Program-made: the position numbers and the translations under genes
Part shown: one piece after another, positions 59,700-64,000 of the stretch
Numbering within the stretch: position 1 is the stretch's first letter
Layout: each line of letters begins with the position of its first letter
The notes under the pieces: model-generated
What the model was told of the DNA's origin: nothing
Database searches by the model: none
The model's input: only the letters and a program-made list of their open reading frames with translations
Origin: an uncultured delta proteobacterium
GTDB taxonomy: Bacteria > Desulfobacterota > Binatia > HRBIN30 > BPIQ01
Assembly: GCA_963761335.1 (NCBI GenBank)
Contig: CAVXGR010000011.1
Span: forward strand, 192,001-256,000
Length of the DNA stretch: 64,000 nucleotides
Reading direction: 5' to 3'

Positions 59700-60617
59700 T
59701 CAATAGGCGTTGTCCGTGGGGCTGTTGGTCTTCGGCTCGGCAGGCACCACCGGCACCCGGCGCGGCCGCTGCGCGGTTTCGATGCCGGGGACCTCGACCG
59801 GCTGATTGGCGAGGTTCGACGGGGTGTAGCCGCTCAGGGCAAGCAACGTCGAGCGCGGATCGGCGCTGTTGACGGGCTCCTTCTTTTCCAGATCGGTCAG
59901 CGCCCGCCGCGCCCCCGGAGCGTAGTCGCTTTCCGGGTACTGCTTCACCACCGAGGCAAAGGCCAGCGCCGCCAGCTGCAGATCGTCCTCCCGGCGATAG
60001 AGGTGGGCCAGCCTGAACATCGCCTCGCCGGCCGGGGTCGAATCGGGATAGCGGCCGACCACCTCGAGCAGCCGGCTCTCGGCGGCGGCGGCGTTCCCCT
60101 TGTGGGAATAGAACTGGGCGACGTAGAGCTCGTGGGCGGCGAGGCTGTCGCGGCACTGGGCGAGCTGCTCGCGCGCCAGCTCCGCGTAAGGGCTGGACGG
60201 GTACTGCTGGATCACCGCGTTGAAGTAGCTCTCGGCGCTCGAGGCCGCCGTCTGGTCGCGGTCGATGGTGCCGATCTGCGCCTTGTAGCACATGCCCAGA
60301 TCGTAACCGACCAGCGGCAGATAAGGGCTGGTGGGGTGGCGCCGCTGGAAGTCGGAGAGCGAAACGATCGCCTCGATGTAGTCGCCGGCGAGGTACTGGG
60401 AATGGGCGATACGCAGCTCCGCTTCCTCGGTGTAATCGCTGAACGGGTACTGGTCGAGCAGCTCGCGATAGTTGCTGATGGCGAGCTCGAAGGCGCCGTC
60501 GCGGTAGTTCTCGTCGGCTTGCTGGACGAGCTGCTCGGCGTTCATCGGCTTCTTCGCGGCACAGGCCGCAATTCCCAGCGCCGTGGCCAGCGCCAGCGCC
60601 GCAACTCTCTTTCGCAT
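59700..60617 (-). CDS. bamD: Outer membrane protein assembly factor BamD
   Basis: Lipobox IAAC; YPFSDY..EAEL, F...HPTSP, DRDQT, YPSSPYA, LAAHELYVAQFY. Confidence 0.93.
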   Translation of the reverse strand: MRKRVAALALATALGIAACAAKKPMNAEQLVQQADENYRDGAFELAISNYRELLDQYPFSDYTEEAELRIAHSQYLAGDYIEAIVSLSDFQRRHPTSPYLPLVGYDLGMCYKAQIGTIDRDQTAASSAESYFNAVIQQYPSSPYAELAREQLAQCRDSLAAHELYVAQFYSHKGNAAAAESRLLEVVGRYPDSTPAGEAMFRLAHLYRREDDLQLAALAFASVVKQYPESDYAPGARRALTDLEKKEPVNSADPRSTLLALSGYTPSNLANQPVEVPGIETAQRPRRVPVVPAEPKTNSPTDNAY

Positions 60618-60734
60618 GGCCGCGGATTATGGCGAATGTCGTTGCTCGTGGCAAAGGCAACTCGAGCGCCCCCCAGCGCTTGACCCCGGGCAGGCGGATC
60701 GATACGCAGCACGCCAGAGGCAATCCGGGGGCCG

Positions 60735-61577
60735 GTGCGCGACGTCATCGACATGTGGCACAACACGCGGATGGTCGTCCTCACGGCGATGACGGCCTCG
60801 CTCTACGCCGCCATTCTCATCCCCTTCAAGGTGTTGCCGATCATTCCCGGGGTCACCGAGTTTCGTCCCGCCAACGCCGTGCCGGTGATCTGCTCGTTCC
60901 TCTTCGGCCCGGCCGCCGCCTGGGGATCGGCGATCGGCAACATCATCGGCGACTTCTTCGGGGGCATCGGCCCCGGCGACCTCTTCGGCTTCGTCGGCAA
61001 CTTCCTCTACGGCTTCATTCCCTACAAGCTCTGGGAGCTGATCTCCTCCGAGGACCCGGTTCCCGCCTGGCACGGGCGCTGGAGCTCGTACCTGCTGGAC
61101 GGCGTGTGGGTGAAGTTCATCGCCGTCGTCTTCGTCGCCGCCGCCGCCTGCGCCCTGGTGGTCGGCTGGGGCCTGAACCTGCTCGGCTTCATTCCCTTCG
61201 CCGTCCTCGGCAACATCGTGCTGATCAACAACCTGGCGGTCGGGTGCACGGTGGCGCCCCTGCTGCTCGCCGTCATCTACCCGCGCGTCAAGCGGGGGCA
61301 CCTGCTCTATCGGGATGTCATGCCGCAGCGGGCGCCGCTGCGGCGCGGCCGCGCCTGGCTGGGCCTGGTGCTCATTCTGGTCGCCACGGTCGGCGGAATG
61401 ATCGCCGGGAACATGTTCTCCACCGGACGCTGGGCGCTGCCGTTCCTCGATCCCCACCTCGCCGCAGCGGTGGTGCCGGGGCGCGAGGGCGACGTCGCCT
61501 TGCAACACATGGCGCAGGTCAGCCTCGGCCTGCTGCCGGCGCTGGCGCTGCTGGCCGTCGCCGTCGTGCTGCTGTGA
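60735..61577 (+). CDS. ECF transporter substrate-binding S component (QueT-like)
   Basis: TRMVVLTAM.ASLYAA...TEFRPANA.P...LFGPAAAWGSAIGNIIGD; multi-TM; followed by ECF A and T genes. Confidence 0.8.
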   Translation: MRDVIDMWHNTRMVVLTAMTASLYAAILIPFKVLPIIPGVTEFRPANAVPVICSFLFGPAAAWGSAIGNIIGDFFGGIGPGDLFGFVGNFLYGFIPYKLWELISSEDPVPAWHGRWSSYLLDGVWVKFIAVVFVAAAACALVVGWGLNLLGFIPFAVLGNIVLINNLAVGCTVAPLLLAVIYPRVKRGHLLYRDVMPQRAPLRRGRAWLGLVLILVATVGGMIAGNMFSTGRWALPFLDPHLAAAVVPGREGDVALQHMAQVSLGLLPALALLAVAVVLL

Positions 61578-63298
61578 ACGACGCCGCAGGCGCTCTCCCA
61601 TTCGCGCCGGCGGCGCCCACCGGTGCCGAGGTGGCCATCGACATCGCCGATCTGCACTTCACCTACGCCGGCGGCGAGCAACCGGCGCTGCGGGGAGTCA
61701 GCCTGCAGGTGCGCCGCGGCGAAATGGTGGTGGTGATGGGGTCCACGGGCGCCGGCAAGAGCACTCTGGCAAAGACGCTCAACTGCACCATCCCCTCGTT
61801 CCAGAGGGGCGAGCTGAGCGGCCGCATCGCCGTGCTCGGGCGGCCGCTCGAGGGACTGGCGGTCGCCGACATGGCCGGCGTCGTCGGCCTGGTGTTGCAG
61901 GACTTCGAGGCGCAGCTCTTCGCCACCGACGTCCTTCAGGAGATCGCCTTCGGGCTCGAGCAGCTCGGCGTGCCGCCGCGTGAGATGGACACCCGCATCC
62001 GCGAGGCCCTCGGTCTCGTCGGCCTGACGGGATTCGAGCACCGCGACCCGACGACGCTCTCGGGCGGCGAGAAGCAGCGCCTCGCCATCGCCGCCGTCCT
62101 GGCGATGCGTCCCCCGCTCGTGGTGCTGGACGAGCCCACCACCGATCTCGACCCGCTGGGCAAGGGCGAGGTCTTCGCGGTGCTGGCCGCTCTCCGACGC
62201 CAGGGCCACACACTCGTGCTCGTGGAGCACGAGATCGAGGCGGCGGAGAGCGCCGATCGCATCGTGCTCATGCGCCGCGGCTCGGTGATTGCGGACGGCC
62301 AGGCGGCGGAGATTCTGCCGCGCATCGAGCTGCTGCGCGAAGCCGGCGTGCGCCCGCGCGACGTCGACCGCATCGCTGCGGCGCTGCGCCTGGAGCCTCG
62401 GTGCGCCCACGTGAGCGACCTGGAAGAGGTGTTGCGCCGCCGCGGCACCGTGCCGCACCGCCCGCTGGCGCCGGCGACGCCTCGCGATGAGCGGCCGTTT
62501 CTCGAGGTCGACCGCGTCAGCTATGCGTATGCTGGCGGCGCCGCGGCGCTGCGCGACGTCAGCCTGCGCATCGACCCGGGCGAGTTCGTCGCCCTGATCG
62601 GCCACAACGGCTCGGGGAAGACGACGCTCGCCAAGTTGCTCAACGGCCTGCTGCGCCCGGCCGCGGGAGAGGTGCGCCTGCGCGGCACCGACATCGCCGA
62701 GCTACCGCTGAGCCGCGTCGCCGGCGAGGTGGGCTACGTCTTTCAGGACCCCGACCAGCAGATCTTCGCCGCCAGCGTGCGCGAGGAGGTTCGCTTCGGG
62801 CCGTTCAACCTCGGCGTGCGCGAGCCGGAGCTGAGCGAACGGGTCGCCGGGGCGCTCGCCGCCGTCGGCCTCAGCGGCATCGAGGAGGCCGACCCCTTTC
62901 TCCTCGGCAAGGGGCAACGGCAGCGCCTCGCGGTGGCGGCTCTGCTGGCACAGCGACCGCAGCTGCTGATCCTCGACGAGCCGACCACCGGCCTCGACTT
63001 CACCGAGCAGTCGCACATGATGCAGCTGGTCGCCTCGCTGCGGCGCCAGGGCATCACCCTGGTGGTCATCACCCACAGCCCCTGGGTGGTCGCCGAGTAC
63101 GCCGAGCGCGGCATCCTCCTCTCCGGCGGGAGCGTGCTCTTCGACGGGCCGCTGCGCGCCCTCTTCGCCCAGGAGGATCTGCTGCTGCGCTCGCACTTCC
63201 GCGTTCCCGACGCGACGCGCTTGGGGAACCGCTTCGGCGCCAGCACGCTCTCCGTCGAGGAGCTCCTGGCGGCGTTGCCGGCGGAGGCGGAGGCCTGA
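61574..63298 (+). CDS. ECF transporter fused double ATPase
   Basis: Two ABC domains: GSTGAGKST/LSGGEKQR/LDEPTTDLD and GHNGSGKTT/FQDPDQQIF/LDEPTTGLD. Confidence 0.95.
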   Translation: MNDAAGALPFAPAAPTGAEVAIDIADLHFTYAGGEQPALRGVSLQVRRGEMVVVMGSTGAGKSTLAKTLNCTIPSFQRGELSGRIAVLGRPLEGLAVADMAGVVGLVLQDFEAQLFATDVLQEIAFGLEQLGVPPREMDTRIREALGLVGLTGFEHRDPTTLSGGEKQRLAIAAVLAMRPPLVVLDEPTTDLDPLGKGEVFAVLAALRRQGHTLVLVEHEIEAAESADRIVLMRRGSVIADGQAAEILPRIELLREAGVRPRDVDRIAAALRLEPRCAHVSDLEEVLRRRGTVPHRPLAPATPRDERPFLEVDRVSYAYAGGAAALRDVSLRIDPGEFVALIGHNGSGKTTLAKLLNGLLRPAAGEVRLRGTDIAELPLSRVAGEVGYVFQDPDQQIFAASVREEVRFGPFNLGVREPELSERVAGALAAVGLSGIEEADPFLLGKGQRQRLAVAALLAQRPQLLILDEPTTGLDFTEQSHMMQLVASLRRQGITLVVITHSPWVVAEYAERGILLSGGSVLFDGPLRALFAQEDLLLRSHFRVPDATRLGNRFGASTLSVEELLAALPAEAEA

Positions 63299-63301
63299 GA
63301 G

Positions 63302-64000
63302 ATGGCGCTCTATCTCTATGTCGACCGCGACTCCGGGTTCCACCGGCTGCACCCGGTGGCCAAGCTCTCCGGGATGCTCGCCTTCTTCGTCGCCGCCTTC
63401 GTCAGCGAGCGGCCGGCACTGCTACTGCCGCTGGCGACGGTGGTGGCGCTGCTGCTGGTGCGCAGTGGCTCGCTGGTCAACGTGCGCCGGCTGCGCGTCC
63501 TCTTTGCGACCGTCTTCTTCATGACCTTCCTCGTCTGGACTCTGTTCTCCGCCCGCGGCCAGCCGTGGGTGGAGCTCGGCCCCGTGCAGATCGGGCCGCA
63601 GAGCGTCTGGTTCGCTCTGGGAATGGCAATCAAGCTGACCACCTTTCTCGCCGTCGGCACACTGTTCCTCTCCACGACCAAGGTCGAGGAGTTCGCCTAC
63701 GCCCTGCGCCGCCTCGGGGTTCCCTACAAGCTCGGCTTCACCATGACTCTGGCGTTCCGGCTGGTGCCGGCCTTCGTCGAGTCCGGCTTCACAGTGGTGC
63801 AGGCGCAGCGCTGCCGCGGCTTCAACTTCGACGAGGGCTCGCTGCTGCAGCGGCTGCGGCGCTACGTCCCGGTCATCGTCCCGGTGTTCATCGGCGCCCT
63901 GCGCCGCGCCGACAACATGGCCATGGCGCTCGAGGGACGCGGCTTTCAGCTGCGCACCCAGCGGACGTTCTATCTCCGCTACCCGTTCCGCGGCGGCGAC
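63302..64000 (+). CDS. ecfT: ECF transporter transmembrane T component (runs off the window end)
   Basis: Manual translation MALYLYVDRDSGFHRLHPVAKL...LAFRLVP...AQRCRG...ALEGRGF (two x-R-G motifs). Confidence 0.92.
   Translation, partial: MALYLYVDRDSGFHRLHPVAKLSGMLAFFVAAFVSERPALLLPLATVVALLLVRSGSLVNVRRLRVLFATVFFMTFLVWTLFSARGQPWVELGPVQIGPQSVWFALGMAIKLTTFLAVGTLFLSTTKVEEFAYALRRLGVPYKLGFTMTLAFRLVPAFVESGFTVVQAQRCRGFNFDEGSLLQRLRRYVPVIVPVFIGALRRADNMAMALEGRGFQLRTQRTFYLRYPFRGGD

Overview
A high-GC bacterial chromosome segment. The gene content (dockerin/Pro-Thr/Cys-rich secreted protein, argH-lipoprotein-dap cluster, Gld-like ABC system, sigma-54 regulators) suggests a deltaproteobacterium-like organism such as Ca. 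Binatia; this is inference only. Most of the window is housekeeping: thiC, leuCD, argH, dapF/A/B/L, folK, hisC, polA, bamD and an ECF transporter. Four accessory systems stand out. (1) At 3.7-8.5 kb, a candidate RiPP-like glyco/phospho-peptide locus: a PqqD/RRE domain fused to a twin-arginine-like leader and a short Gly-X-Thr core, flanked by an HprK-related kinase and GT2, GT10-like and GT2-TPR glycosyltransferases. (2) At 8.6-12.4 kb, a condensation-less NRPS-like protein (double hot-dog dehydratase-A-T-TE) whose A domain lacks the amino-binding Asp. (3) At 49.5-59.6 kb, a SAM-I riboswitch-headed sulfur-carrier operon: ThrC-like and CysM-like PLP enzymes, a ubiquitin-like carrier, a NIL protein, a CX8CX2C radical SAM enzyme, a DASS transporter and sat. 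Its two ThiF/MoeB paralogs have complementary motif losses, suggesting an asymmetric heterodimeric E1 like the eukaryotic one. (4) sat sits between long inverted repeats in a mosaic of REP-like elements. Several single-base frameshifts in short G/C runs, including in dapL and hisC, are probably sequencing errors. No rRNA, tRNA, CRISPR array or transposase was recognised. All calls come from reading motifs by eye; no searches were run.
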